Assembly (NCBI GenBank): GCA_051294375.1
Contig: CM119271.1
Coordinates: 8,361,788-8,425,787 of the forward strand
DNA: 64,000 nt
Source of the DNA: Paraspadella gotoi
Taxonomy: Eukaryota; Animalia; Chaetognatha
Direction: 5' to 3'
Every line of letters begins with the position of its first letter. Position 1 is the first letter of the stretch. The notes under the pieces were generated by a model. The model had not been told where the DNA came from. It ran no database searches and was given only the letters and a program-made list of their open reading frames with translations. Below are positions 1 to 64,000 of this stretch, in pieces. The position numbers and the translations under genes are program-made.

Positions 1-1971
1 ATGTCTTGACTGTCGACTTTGAACTCGCGCGCCATCTTTCCTCCTCCAAAATCCCATTTCTTCTTCGAAACTGAAAAAACAAAAAAACAAAAGAGAAAAA
101 AGAAGAAAACGGATAAAAGTCGAAAATCCCATTTGCAACTTTTTTTTCTCTCTCTCTATTTTCTCAGAAATGTTCTGGAAATCCCGTCGCGGGCGAAAAC
201 GGATGTTTATGGGTTCGGGAAAAAAAAATAATAAAACAGAATCGAAAGTCGGTTTTAGTCGCTCCTTTTAACGTCGGTTAGAGGCGAGGTGGGTTGACGC
301 CCCCTCGCCGACGAAACAATCACAGGGATCATCGATCAAAACTGTTTTTCGAGAAGCAAAAGAAAAACAGTTTTTATTCGGTTTCCACCTTCGCCGTTCG
401 ATTCGTACATATTCTTGACATTCCTTGAGNNNNNNNNNNNNNNNNNNNNNNNNNNNNNNNNNNNNNNNNNNNNNNNNNNNNNNNNNNNNNNNNNNNNNNN
501 NNNNNNNNNNNNNNNNNNNNNNNNNNNNNNNNNNNNNNNNNNNNNNNNNNNNNNNNNNNNNNNNNNNNNNNNNNNNNNNNNNNNNNNNNNNNNNNNNNNN
601 NNNNNNNNNNNNNNNNNNNNNNNNNNNNNNNNNNNNNNNNNNCTCTCTCTCTCTCTTCAACCGAGAGAGCCAGATTTTTATCTTTGCATTAAAATTCTTT
701 GAACCTGGGCTACAAATGTAATTGTAAAAGCCATATTTTATGGAAGAAAAGCGAAAGCGTAATAATTTCATCTCCGCGAAGGCAAAAAAAATTTTTTTTC
801 TATTATTAAAAAAATGTAACAAATGGGCAACAGAAAAAAAAAGGTAAAGAATTCAGTCTAAACAAAAAAATGATGTTTTCAGCGACGCGCGAAGAAGCAA
901 TATNNNNNNNNNNNNNNNNNNNNNNNNNNNNNNNNNNNNNNNNNNNNNNNNNNNNNNNNNNNNNNNNNNNNNNNNNNNNNNNNNNNNNNNNNNNNNNNNN
1001 NNNNNNNNNNNNNNNNNNNNNNNNNNNNNNNNNNNNNNNNNNNNNNNNNNNNNNNNNNNNNNNNNNNNNNNNNNNNNNNNNNNNNNNNNNNNNNNNNNNN
1101 NNNNNNNNNNNNNNNNNNNNNNNNNNNNNNNNNNNNNNNNNNNNNNNNNNNNNNNNNNNNNNNNNNNNNNNNNNNNNNNNNNNNNNNNNNNNNNNNNNNN
1201 NNNNNNNNNNNNNNNNNNNNNNNNNNNNNNNNNNNGAAATTAATAATTGATTTTAATATTCAAGTTAAATAAATAGTAAAACAAGTAATCCTGAAATTTT
1301 TTTTTTACTTAAAACGAAAATTAATGAATAGAGGATAAATTCTTTTTTTTTATTTCAAAGTCCCATTAATAATCCATCCACAACATTCAACACATCCAAA
1401 TAATTCGTTAAATCTTAAAAATAGTCTTTCGAATTAAACCCAACCATCGGACATCGGACAAAAGATTTAAAATTATTCATGGCGTTATGTGTTTGTTTGT
1501 CTCGAGAGAAAAGTGATCAATGCGTGAGATTTTCGAGTCCTTCTTCATCCCCCTTTTCCGCCACACCTTTTCTCTCCCCCCTTCCTACTCCCCACCTTAA
1601 CATATTCTCGACCACCCTGGTTGCCACAGCGAAGAAAATGTGGTTTTTTCAAATTCCTCTCTTTTCGATAAAGGTCCAGTTTTTTTTTTCTTTCACTTTT
1701 CTTCGGCGAAAATAAACAAAAATAAAAGTAAACCAAAGAAACCCCGACTTTTATTTTTTTGCAAATTAAAACAAACAAAAAGAGCAGACGCGTTAGAAAC
1801 TTACCAGCAGTAGAGGTGAGGCATAACTTGACAATGACGATTGGTATAACAACACGACAAAGAAGAGACGAAGTCGGTTTGTTGGTGCCAAATCTTGAAG
1901 AAAATCCGCGAATGACTCAGTCTATGGATTAAATTTAAATTAAAATTTATGCATTTTCGGAGATCCAACAT

Positions 1972-2012
<41 letters not shown>

Positions 2013-2099
2013 ATAGTATAAATGCTTATATGTTACTATATATATTAGAAGCGAAATAACAATTTTCAGTTTTTTTTCACAACGAATTTTTTTATTTAA

Positions 2100-3730
2100 A
2101 TGGTAGCTGCCCAAGTGCCAATCACGTGACTACTCGCCTCAACGCCCCCCTTGAGCAGAGCCGTCTGCTGTGGAAGACCACAGCCGCACCACAGTGGCAC
2201 CGAACTAGAGCAGCAGGCGGCAGAGAACCATTGGCACGTTCACTCTCCCTTACACCAGTAGTCACTGAGCACTTGGTGCGTGTGTTCACAAGCAGGGGAT
2301 TTCACCTCATGAACGGCTCATGGTTCGTTACGGCAATTAACTGGGGAAACCGAAAGACATAATCCCAACCCAGTCGTCAGGCGCCTGTCTATATGGCAGC
2401 CTGTGCAGGAACGGGCAACCAACCCTGTGCAGCAGCCAGTATTGTGCGGTGAGCTTTCGTCCCTAGGAGTATCCGTTGGCCGTTGCTTCTAGGGCTACGA
2501 GCTCGTCATAGAACTTCTAAGCGTCCATGCAACATGAGGCACCAACCCTACCGGGCCCTGGACTCGGGTGTGCCCGGTCCTAGAGACAAGTAGTCACTTC
2601 CCTGTCGCCGATAGCAGAGCACGCGATATGACAGCCATCTGTTTAGACGAGAACGACGTCTCACTGTGCTGGCCAGACGATCAATACTGTCAAGAGCGTT
2701 AGAGAGGCAATTTTACATCAAACCCCTCGTGGCCCTCTTGACCTGACTGGAGTGGCGATTCCAGCTGCCCCTCCGTACGACTGCCTCCTTAGTGGCGTTG
2801 GTTGGGTCGTCCTGAACCACAAAGCCCACAACATCCCTGTCCCTACTCAACGGGGCCAGAGGTAAGACTCCCCTGCACGCGAGTGGAGCAGTCCGCGATC
2901 TTCAACTGTGCACCGGGTATGACTCTCCGTATCCCGCGACGCCCACCCAAAAGACGGCTGCAGCTGGAAGATGGCGGGGTCCCTGAGCCAGCTGCAAAGC
3001 AGGCAACGAAGGGGACAAGGCCCTGCTCCTCAGCAGAGGAAGAGGGGGCTGTAGGGATGACAGGCCTCGTGGACATTAGGGTTGCAATGGGTCTTATCCA
3101 CACACTACCCGATCACAGCCAATGACCATCCTAATGACCAGCCTATAAACCTGCAATACTCATCTGACGGCCTATAAAGGGGGAGGGGCCAGCTCATTTT
3201 GAGCTTCTTTCTTTCTTTCTCTCACAATACTTCATCTTCAATTTTCCATTTTCAAACCAACTAAACTAAACTAAAACTAATTTCTCCAATTGTTATTGTT
3301 ATCATTTATTTCAATTTTTATATTCTGTTTTCCTCTCTATTTTCAATTTAGTTTACAATGCTTTTTATTAATTGTACATTATTCAATGTAAAGCCTAATT
3401 TATTGCCTCTGTATATCTCTCCCCTGATTTCATTTCTTTTTCCCTTCTTATCCCTCAATCTGAAACAGCTGTCCTCACCCTCTAATGTTGCCTTTCCCTC
3501 AATCCTTTGTTGGAAGCTTTATCCCTTTGTCTTGTTCTCTCTTTCTCTCTCTCTCTCTCTCTCCTCTCTCTCCTCTCTCTTCTCTCTCTCTCCTGTTCTC
3601 TCTCCCTCTCCTCTCTCTCTTTCTCCTCTTTACCAAATTTTGTTAATTCAGTCTCAGCACTGATGCATGAACGAAATACACGTTCGAAACATGTCTGCTA
3701 CCATTTAAATAAAAAAATTCGTTGTGAAAA
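2100..3730 (+). mobile_element. Decayed Penelope-like retroelement 3' part (GIY-YIG endonuclease remnant plus a hammerhead-bearing terminal region)
   Basis: Broken frames give LPY.., VTEHLVRVFTSRG, KD.IP, SPIAEHA and REAI..I, in the order expected for the Penelope linker and endonuclease; hammerhead motif at 3656-3699. Confidence 0.5.
3656..3699 (+). ncRNA. Minimal type I hammerhead ribozyme motif with a 1-nt insertion in the core
   Basis: AGCA-CTGATG(C)A-t-GAACG/CGTTC stem II-GAAAC-AT-GTC-TGCT; stem I is AGCA/TGCT. Confidence 0.6.
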
Positions 3731-5998
3731 CTGAAAAATTGTTATTTCGTCTAATCATTCTCAACGAAAAGAAAGATTTACAAACAAAACTATATATATA
3801 ATATGAAATTGGTACAACCAATATAAATATATAAATAATTCTTACAGATCAATGAACGATCGACGCTACGTTGCCTTTTTTGTTTCTTTACCCAATTTCG
3901 ATCGCAAATCCCGTTTTTTGATCGAAAAAAAATAAAAAAAAAATGATCATCCTTGAACCTCAAGTTGTTCTGCAATGTTTCCTCGTCTTTTCGATCGTCT
4001 CTGTCTCTGTCTTTTTCTTAGCGATAGTTATTGACTCCTGATTGATCTCTCTTTTATCTTGCTCCCGTCGTCCTTGTCTCGCCCGTCTTTTGTTTTCTTG
4101 ATGTTAATATCTTTCGCGAGATGTAGTCGTTTTCATCTTCTTCTAATCCTCATTATCGTCGACGATTGTCTTTTGTTTTTGTTTTTTAAATTGATTTCTT
4201 TCGTTTGTCGTCGTCGTCTTCGTCGTCATAATCTCGTCTTCGGAAATAACTAACTTATTTCCATAGATCTAAGGCAAACCTATCTAATATCGATAAACCC
4301 CTTGAAATACCGCATCGAGACAGTAATAGACCAAAAGTTATTAACATTTTAAACTCTGCTCAGTAGCCTTTCCACTTTAAAAAGGCGCAGTCGTATCGAG
4401 CGCCTCTACCGAATTAAAAAAAAATATAAATTAAAGAGCTCGAAAACTAAATTAAAAAAACAAAAAGAAACAAAAGTCATCTGGTCCCTCGGATCCGTTT
4501 CGTCTCGAAACACGAGACGAAGCGTCACGCGCGACGAAACACGGATGCTTTTTCACGTGTTTTTTATGACGTAACGTGAAGTAAACAATTAAGTTCGGAG
4601 GACGCGGGTTTTATGAAATTTGTACAACCTATATGATTAATTTAATTAATTTATTTAATTTACAGACGCGGATACGAGATTATGTAAAGTTATTTAATTT
4701 AGTTATTCAGGCGGCGCTCTACGTAATTTTTCTTCTGCGAATCTTACCAACGAAATTGACTTTGTTTTCTTCCTCTTAAAAAGCGAGAATCTAGTCTTTA
4801 AATAGAATAGTATTTTACATCTAGAATGAGATAAAATAACATAATTTTGTTTCCGCTTTGAGTAAATCCTACGTCTTCCGTCCTAAATAGAAAAATTCGA
4901 AATTGAGAAGAAAATGACGGAGAAAAAAGGTGAGAAAAAAAATTTTATGAAATAGAAATCATTTTATTTAGAAGTTGTATGATAAAAGCAGTCTCGCAAG
5001 GGCCCTTCAGAGATTATGAATCCAAAACAGCCGTTTGATATTGTTAATATGCAATCGCCCCATCCTCTACTAGTAAATATTCTTTTTTTATGAATTCCTA
5101 AAGTTATAAAGTTGGAAAATGGAAACCATAACACGAAAAGGAAGCAATAACGGCCGTTATTTGTCTGGTTTTATCTTTAGAACCAAGCCCGTGTGATACA
5201 CAGTTTTCCAGTTATGAAAATAAAAATTAGTGAATAATAAAAGTGGTTATATCGAAATGAATAATATTTTAAATTTAATTTAAATTTTAGATTTAATTTT
5301 CGCTTTTCCAGGCGAACAAGTCGTCCGCCTCCCGCCCATTCAACCCATACAACCGGAAACGGGTAACGTTCGGCCGCTAGAATATATTTCGAAACCCACG
5401 AAAAAGCGATAACATTCGATAAAATGAATCTTGAGAAACTGCTATTATATATTAATAGTATTAATATTATACAATAGTATATAATGCTCTTATACGGCAA
5501 ACAAAGAGAACAGCAGGAAACTTTTAAACCACAGCCCCATCTAGTTCCGAGCAGCAATATTTTAATCGAAAACAATTTACTCTATCGACGAGGAAACGGA
5601 AACAAACAATAAACCACAGTTGTACTTTTTGACGATTTAAATTAAAGTTAAATTAAAGTTCAAAGATGACAACGAAAAAAAAAGAGAGCCATCGCGCCTG
5701 TCTTTTTACGTAGTCCGGAATCGGTTATTTTATGATGATAAAAAATTACCTTAGTTAAATATGACGCCTCCACTTAACTGCGTCCGCAAAACTGCAGCTA
5801 TTTTTATTATACATTTTCGCATGAAGGAAATTCCAAATTAACTCATTGTTATGATAGTATTAATGGTTAATATGGTATGTTTTTTAACGTAAGTAGGATA
5901 CTTTACAGACGTGTTCAAACTGTTCATTTAGCAAAGTACGAAAATGAAGATCGACGGAGAGGAAAATTAAAAATTGAAAAGTTGCATCTCTCTCTCTC

Positions 5999-6078
<80 letters not shown>

Positions 6079-8836
6079 CACCCAAGCCTCGCAGCAATCT
6101 AATCGCGAGCCACCCGGACATCTTCGGGGGCGCCCATTTCTTTCCGCTACTAGACGACAGCGCGCGGCGGAGACGGCCGATATCTGGCGGCAAGCGCCCG
6201 CAGCCTTCGCACGCCGCCTTACCGCCAGCGACGTATGCCTGAGATTCGCCGACGGCAGGCCGCTTTGCCTTTCGACCGCTCCGGTGGCCGCGTTCAAAGC
6301 CCCTCTTGCGCAGAAAGTTCGACATCGCCCCCAGCCGCTCAACGCCGACGCAACGCTGCGCAGCCTCCGCCCGCAGCCCGACTATGCTGGCCGCAGCCCT
6401 TGGCCGAAGTGCTGCTCGCCGCCTAGCCGCCTCGCGCCGATCGCTACGCGGCAGCGCTCGGCAAAATCGGAGTCTCGCCGCAGGCCCCTCCGAGCCAAGA
6501 CTGGACACGTGATCAGACAGCCGCAAAAAGCGCTTTGATTGCAGAAGCCGCCGGCTCGGCAAGATAGGCTTGTTGCGCCGTGCTGGCTGTTGGGTGTTGG
6601 CCAATCTATGTTTGTGCTTTTATTGTTCGAGCCCCCTGCTTCTGCATTGAGGGGAAGTAAGCTCATTATTAACTGCCTCAGCGCCACTAAATGCTTGCCT
6701 CTGTGTTGTGACGCCAATTGCAAATTCGGTCGGTGCTCTGTCGCCGAAACTTAAGTCGCCTGCCCTTTGTCGCATGAAGTTACGTTGTTGGCCCTATGCG
6801 TAGGACTCAAAATCCACCAACTCGCTTCATCAGCGGCCATTGGTTCGCCCGCCGAGGCCGATAGAGAACACAACAAAACCACAATACAAACATCCACACA
6901 CTAGCAGCGTTAAGCCAGCCGCGACGCCGGAGCCGCTTAAAACCTGACCCTCTGCCTAACATCGGTTTTACAGCTCTGCATCCGAAGCCTCAGCGGGACT
7001 GCCTTAGCTGCTATATGCAACGGTTCAATAGTCAACTAACACATAACAATAATTAATGTCTCTTCGTTGGTTTTTTTCGTTTCCATTTCTCGTCGATGTT
7101 GTTGTTGCAAACGATAAGAACGCAATTTTAAAAAAACTCAATTGAACGAAATAATTATCGCCGTCATCGGCAGTCTGTTCCGCTGACTCGTTCTCCCGCG
7201 GACCCGCGTTGGGAATTCTGGGAAAAGGGGCAGAGGAAAGAGAATGGAGTTGGGAATGAGGAAAGAATGGCGAAAGACAGTCCTCTTGGCTTTGATCAAA
7301 AACTTCAAACTTAAAAAAGAATGAAAACGTATTAATGATTAAATGATGAAAAATTATAAGATTCGATGGAACAAAGAATTTTGAAATGTATTATTGACAA
7401 AATATGAATTTTTCTCGTTGAATAAGAAAAGTGGAGGGTCAATGGCCCCTCATCTGGCCGAAGTAATAGTTTATCATCTTCATTTAATTTAGGAAAAAAC
7501 AAGTTTGAGCAAACAATGTCGGATCTGCCTACGATAATTAAGCGGTAATCGGTTAATCAGATGATAAATGCCGATAATTCTTTCAATTTGTGATCATAAC
7601 AGATCGTACCATACTAAACCAATGGCTGCGCATATCTATGTAAATCGCTTGCAAGGGATTAAACTGAACTGTTACTATGGTACAAACAAATGATTTTTTT
7701 AACAATTATTATTTTTTCAACTTTTATTTTTTTAACTTGCAACATTTTTTCAACAGGAATCATTTTTTCAACTGGCATCATTTTTTCAACTTGCACCATT
7801 TTTTCAAATTGCATATTTTTTAACAAGTTTTTCATCTAACTTAATATCCAGGTTCATCACACGCTTTCCCACAAAAACACAAAATTTTATTTTAATCTAT
7901 CCATCCAATTATGGGTTAAAATTAGTAAAAAGATTTAAGTAAATGTTTTTTCCATTTAAACTAATTTCCACTTGCATGATTCCATCGAAACTTTATATCC
8001 AGCTCAATAACCTACTTTTCGACTCATACACAAAATTTCATTCTAATCCAATAATCCAATCACGAGCAATTGGAGTTTTTTGCTAAGGGGGGATGGACAG
8101 ATGGACGGATGGAGGGACGGACATTATTTTTTTGTATAATTTATCATAATTCGATGTTCTGATATGATAAAAGTGAATGCCCAACAAGATTTAGGCGGCC
8201 GACCGACGGACCGACAAAGTGAATTATAGAGTCGGTACCTGCTGATAAGCAGATCCGACTAAAAAAATAATAGAAGATTAAAAATTGAGAGTTGGAAGAA
8301 TGACGGGGTCAGCGACTTCGTTTTCGTGGTTAGACTACTATGGATTTACAGGAATATTGATTTTTATTGTCAAGCAGCTAATTGTAAGTGAATTTATAAA
8401 ATGAATTAGTTCGAAAAAGGTTGAGAGCTTTCCTATTACGAATTTATAACCAAACACGATGCCTCGTTCCATATTTCGTGATATATATAAAGAGATATTA
8501 ATAGACTCACCGACTAGAAAATTATTAAATCGAATCGCGCGAGCCACCTCCGAGCTAAAAATATGTAAAGTATCCTCGTGAATTATGGCTTCGCCGCGAT
8601 ACATAAACTTCCTGCCTTCGACGTGAGAATTCACAGCTGGGGGATGAGGGATGCTTTGACTTTCCTCTTTCCCCCGCGGCTCTTCTTCTTTCCTCCTTAT
8701 CCCCTTCTTTAGTTGCGCCGCGTAGCAGCTCTATAAGTCACTTTTCGGTCGGTCTGTCGATTGGTCCGTTGGTATGTGGGGGAGAGTGTATAAAAGAATA
8801 AAGAAATATTACCGTATTCGCAAAATTGCATCATAT

Positions 8837-8875
<39 letters not shown>

Positions 8876-8960
8876 TATATCAAAGGAGATAGCGACGCGA
8901 CCGATTGGACGCTGGAAGAAGAGATCCCATCTCACGCTCCCCCCCCCTTTTTTTCCCGAA

Positions 8961-59698
<50,738 letters not shown>

Positions 59699-61395
59699 CT
59701 GGCTTTAATTTTGAATGATGACGTCGACAAGAAACAAGTTTTCGTCTTTCAATTTACAGAAAAAAAAATTGAAAAAGGTCAAACGCCGAGTAAAAAAATA
59801 AGAAACTTTTTCGTGGCAGTTTATTTGACTATAAATATTTGTACTAAATAATCATTTAAATAAGTTAATTAAAAATTCTAAATTTAAACAGTCTCCGTTT
59901 TGAATGGGGCAGCACAGAATTCAAATAGACGTAGAAAACTGAAACGAGAAGCAAAATATATTTTAAATTTATTAATTAAATTTAATTTTCCTTATTTGAA
60001 CTACATGACCCCGTGTCCTTTTGTCCGTCCCGACCCGCGATGCCTCTAGCGGATTCTCCCGAAAGCCTTACCATTTGAAGCCGGCGCCTTTCTCGCTGCC
60101 ATAGATTATGCGTGCGTCACTCTCTCGCTCTCTATCTTTCTCTCTCTCTTTGGTCACGTCAGTCGTCAAACAAAAACAAGCGGAAGAGAAAGAAAAAGAA
60201 AAAGAAAGGGGTTCGCGGCAGCTGCGGCGGCCGCGTTGACGGCGCTGCTGCCCGCCGCCGCGGTGTCAAAGGGCGAGTGAATAGGGAAATCAGTCTGGAT
60301 TTTTAATGTCCTTGCGGATTTTAAAATGGCCACCTTAAGAAAGGAAGGGGTTGCCTTGTGGAATCGACGACTCACTCTCGATGCCAGCGTATTCCATCGG
60401 CGAATCCGCGATTTTCTCATCGATAAATCGTCTTAAACATCGATAAAATTATAAACCGAGGTCCTCGTCGAGTTGAATTATGTACGGGTTCGATCAATGT
60501 TTGACCATTGGGTGACGGGTTTGGTAGACGACTGAGTCCATGACATACTCGTCGAGAACTTCATTTCCTAGGGGATGTCTGATAATTTACTTTTCAAAAC
60601 TCGTCGCCTACGATCGTTTCTCACAGGGTGGTTTAGAAATCAAATAATTAATACACCAACTTGGTGACCAACTTGGTGACCAAGAGAACTTGGAGAACTT
60701 TATTTTTCTTTTACAAATTTTACCCGCTACTTTTTTTTTTTTCTAACTCTATATTCGGGACCCCAAAGTTTTTCATCGATGTGTCTTTATTTATTTTATT
60801 CTCTCTGTGAAAATACAAGAAAATCAATCGGCAATATTTTCTTAGCCGCTCCTCCGATCCGGATTATTTTTTCACGTCCTTTCACCGGTCACGACTCGCC
60901 AATTCGCGTCTGTTTGTCGTGAATAGAAGATGTTGTTCCTTCATCATCCTTTTCATCTTTTAGTTCAGCTTCTTTTGACAACGGCGTTCACCACGACGAC
61001 AACGACGACGAGAACCAACACGAAATCCCCGGACCGACCGCTGGGTCCGATTTTTCCTGATCCCGAAAAAATGGTATGACCCGCTTTGAAATCCAGGGCA
61101 ACTCGTGACGAATTTGGAACGATTGCCCGTCGCTTTGTTAGGGGACAAAGAAAAAAAAACACGGAAAAAACCTATCAAAGTACAAATCGTTCTGTCAAAA
61201 TAAAAAACACAAAACGAAAAAGTAGCAAGCAAATCGAAGGCACTATTCTTGACTTATACATAAATGATTGACGATTCTGGTCAACGCCCTTTCAGCCAAA
61301 AAAAAAAAGCAGACAACCTGAATTCGCTCGCTGACGAGACGTTTGAGCCGGAACAGCTTAATAGTGATCAGAAAGAATTTCCCGAATTCTCAACG

Positions 61396-62834
61396 ATGGC
61401 CCCGCTAGATGCTAAAGCGCCGATGACGCTGTTTGGGCGCCAATTAGGCGTCTCCCGTCTCGTCGCCGTTCTTCACGTTGTTATTTTTCTTTACTCGACG
61501 GCGTTTTGGATTCAAATCGGAGTTAATCCTTTCCTCACAAAGAAGCTTGGTGTCGATCCCACAATTTACGGATACCTGGAAACCACATTTGCAATCATGC
61601 AACTCTGCGGTACCAAGAGGATTTTTTATTGCGTTTTACATTTTTTTGCGAAGCAGGAATAAATAAAAATAAATGCGAAATAAGATAATTGTAGTAAACT
61701 ATGTACAATTATAACAAAATTTCCCACCAATAAATTCAATATGCAAATAGGCGGACCATTGTTTGGGCGCTTCGGCGACATCTACGGGGGACGGTCAGCA
61801 TTGTTGCTCGCCTATGCCTCATCGACAGCGATGTACCTGCTTCTTTGGATTGCCGATTCTATTCCAATGCTATTTGTTGCAAAAATGCCCTCGCTCTTTA
61901 TGCATTCCATGCAAGGTGGTCAAATGTTGGCCACAGATCTAAGGTGCGTATACATTGGTCAATTTGGTGGTTGGCCTTTCGGCTTACCATTAAAAAATGA
62001 GTCCATGTTTTCCTTTTTATTAGTTCTGAAATGGATCGCGCGGATGCTTTGGGCAAATTGGGAGTTTCCTATGGTGTTGGAATGGTATTGGGGCCGATGA
62101 TCGGCGGTTTCTTGACGCAGCGAACCTCTCCGCAGGTGGCTGCATTAGCGGCGGCGATGTTGACGGGCGTCTCCATCGTAATGGTATATTCTTTCGTACC
62201 AACTCGGACTAAGAAGCTGCCAGATTCTAAACTGCATGAAAAGCGTCCTGATGAGGCAAAGATCGGAAGTTTGTCCGTCCTCCAAAAAATCGTATCCTAC
62301 CCGAAGATCCCGTTTCTTCTTGTCGTTCGCGTCGTCACCGGAGTTCCGCTGGGAGTGTTTCAAACGATGTTCTCAATCGTTGCCATCGAGCGTTTTCAGG
62401 TTGACCCGAAGGATAGCGGATTAGTTCTGTCTTACGTCGGCCTGCTTTCTCTCTTCATGCAAGGGTTCGGTGTTGGCTTCATGACCCGGCGCTTCTCCGA
62501 CGATTCTCTTCTGCGAATTGGCGCCGTCACCCTCATTCCCTACTACCTGGGTTTGGCACTTATGACCAGCTTTTATCATATTTACTTTCTCATACCCTTC
62601 GTCGTCTTTGCTATGGCTATCATGAACGTTGTCGTGACGTCGTCACTCACCAAGCGCGTGGAACCTGCTGACACGGGTGCTATTCTCGGAATCAACATGG
62701 CGACTAATTCGCTTGTGAGGACAGTGGCGCCGACGCTGGGCGGAATTTTGTACACAAACTTTGGTTATCCTTCCTTTGGCCTTTTTGGCCTAGTCACTAC
62801 TTCCGGGGTTCTTGGTCTTTTACTGCTCTCTTAA
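61396..62834 (+). CDS. SLC22A18: MFS transporter, SLC22A18-like (TetA/DHA1-related); exons 61396-61609, 61751-61943, 62024-62834; an upstream in-frame ATG at 61264 is possible
   Basis: MFS motif A-like GPLFGRFGDIYGGR, motif C-like ALGKLGVSYGVGMVLGPMIGG, many hydrophobic helices, two in-phase GT-AG introns, TAA stop. Confidence 0.8.
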
Positions 62835-63881
62835 AGTTGAAAAAATTTGACGCGTCAAAAATTACATATCTTTCTAAAAAATTTTATTTTTGAAAAAAAT
62901 TTTACAAGTTTAAATTTATTACCGTTATGTTTTTCATTTATTTTATTAAAATTCACGTCTTCAAAAATACATATATTTCCCAAAAAATTATTTTAAACCT
63001 CACAAAAAAGTTTTATATTTTATAACCTTTAACATTTAATTTATTAAAATTCATAATGTTCACATTATTTTTCATATTATTGTTCACACCCTAGGAGGAA
63101 GTTTCATATCAAAATTAATTCGGTGAGATCTCAATTCCTCGAATGGTCGGTTTTTTCTGGTTTTTTGGTTTTTCACTTAAAAATGATTCATTCTCTCTCT
63201 CTCTCTCTCTCTTTTAATTGATTTATATATAAAACAATAGTTTTCCTTTATCAAATTTGATTTTTTGAGCATCAAAGTTTGTCATGGGTCCATATTTTTT
63301 TATACAATTGCGACGATCCTTATGCTTTTAAGATTTTTTTTATAAGTATTTTAATAGTTCTCCGAATCTCAAGAAGACAACCAAAATTCCGATTATTCTA
63401 AATCAACTATTATGAAAAACATTCCTCGGCCATGAAAACATCAATTACGCTTCTCGGGCTACATTTAAGCTTTTCACCTGTCACTTAATTATTCTTTTCG
63501 ATCGCCTTCTGGATATTTTTAAATTTTATTTTACGAATATATGCAATGTTTCAATAAAATATAAGGATTTTACATTTTTAGCTAATTATTTTTTAATATT
63601 AAAAATATAATAGTTCCTCCTACCAATAAAATAATAAAACCATTTTACATAGAAACTTGGCACGGATCCCATCTTTTATGCATATTTGGCGACTTTGTCT
63701 TCTTTTATTAATATTTTTGGTAAGAACTATGAAAGTAATTTTTTATAGCCTTTTTTTACAGGTATAAATGTTGTAGAAGTTTAATTATGGAAATAACTCC
63801 CTCTTGGTCAAATATCTTATGGCTAAATTTGTAAAAGTATTTGTTATTAAACCTATTCAGGACCTTGTAAATCATTATAGT

Positions 63882-64000
63882 GTGGCGAATCCTAAATTTG
63901 CCTCGCGTATAGCTTGGTGAAACTCAGCTCGTCCCATTGCATTGGCTTGGACAGCTTAGTACTCCTTCACCAACCGTGATTTCCGGGTTCAATCCCCTCA
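63882..64000 (+). mobile_element. tRNA-derived SINE-like repeat, family A, copy 2 (runs off the window)
   Basis: GTGGCGAATCCTA...GCTCGTCCCATT...TTCCGGGTTCAATCCCCTCA matches the reverse complement of 29791-29904. Confidence 0.6.

Noticed and set aside
1800-1925. Possible minus-strand exon ending in a GTAAG donor with a hydrophobic stretch
   Set aside because: Too short; no recognisable homology or partner exon
5877-6754. Overlapping GC-rich ORFs on both strands
   Set aside because: No recognisable domain; partly microsatellite-derived and next to a noisy repeat copy, so likely low-quality or decayed repeat sequence
60100-61240. Short ORFs between the dynein and MFS genes
   Set aside because: Low complexity with no homology cues; probably promoter/UTR sequence

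Overview
Eukaryotic, probably animal, draft-assembly DNA with many N gaps, (GA/CT)n microsatellites and several noisy gap-fill-like stretches. Most of the window (~8961-59698, + strand) is one gene of about 69 exons for an inner-arm axonemal dynein heavy chain (DNAH3/7/12 group, DNAH12-like N-terminus). A three-exon SLC22A18-like MFS transporter follows (61396-62834, +). Two dynein exons lie on the opposite strand in an inverted block next to a gap, probably a mis-oriented contig. The introns host three identical tRNA-Lys(UUU) genes, half a tRNA-Leu, an hAT-type MITE, two tRNA-derived repeat families, satellites and minimal hammerhead-ribozyme motifs tied to a decayed Penelope-like element. 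The main unexplained signal is the splicing code: donors are degenerate beyond GT, many acceptors lack a U-rich tract, and many introns have a private sequence at the 5' splice site that is complementary to sequence just before their own 3' AG. This suggests structure-assisted intron definition. All exon boundaries were read by eye.
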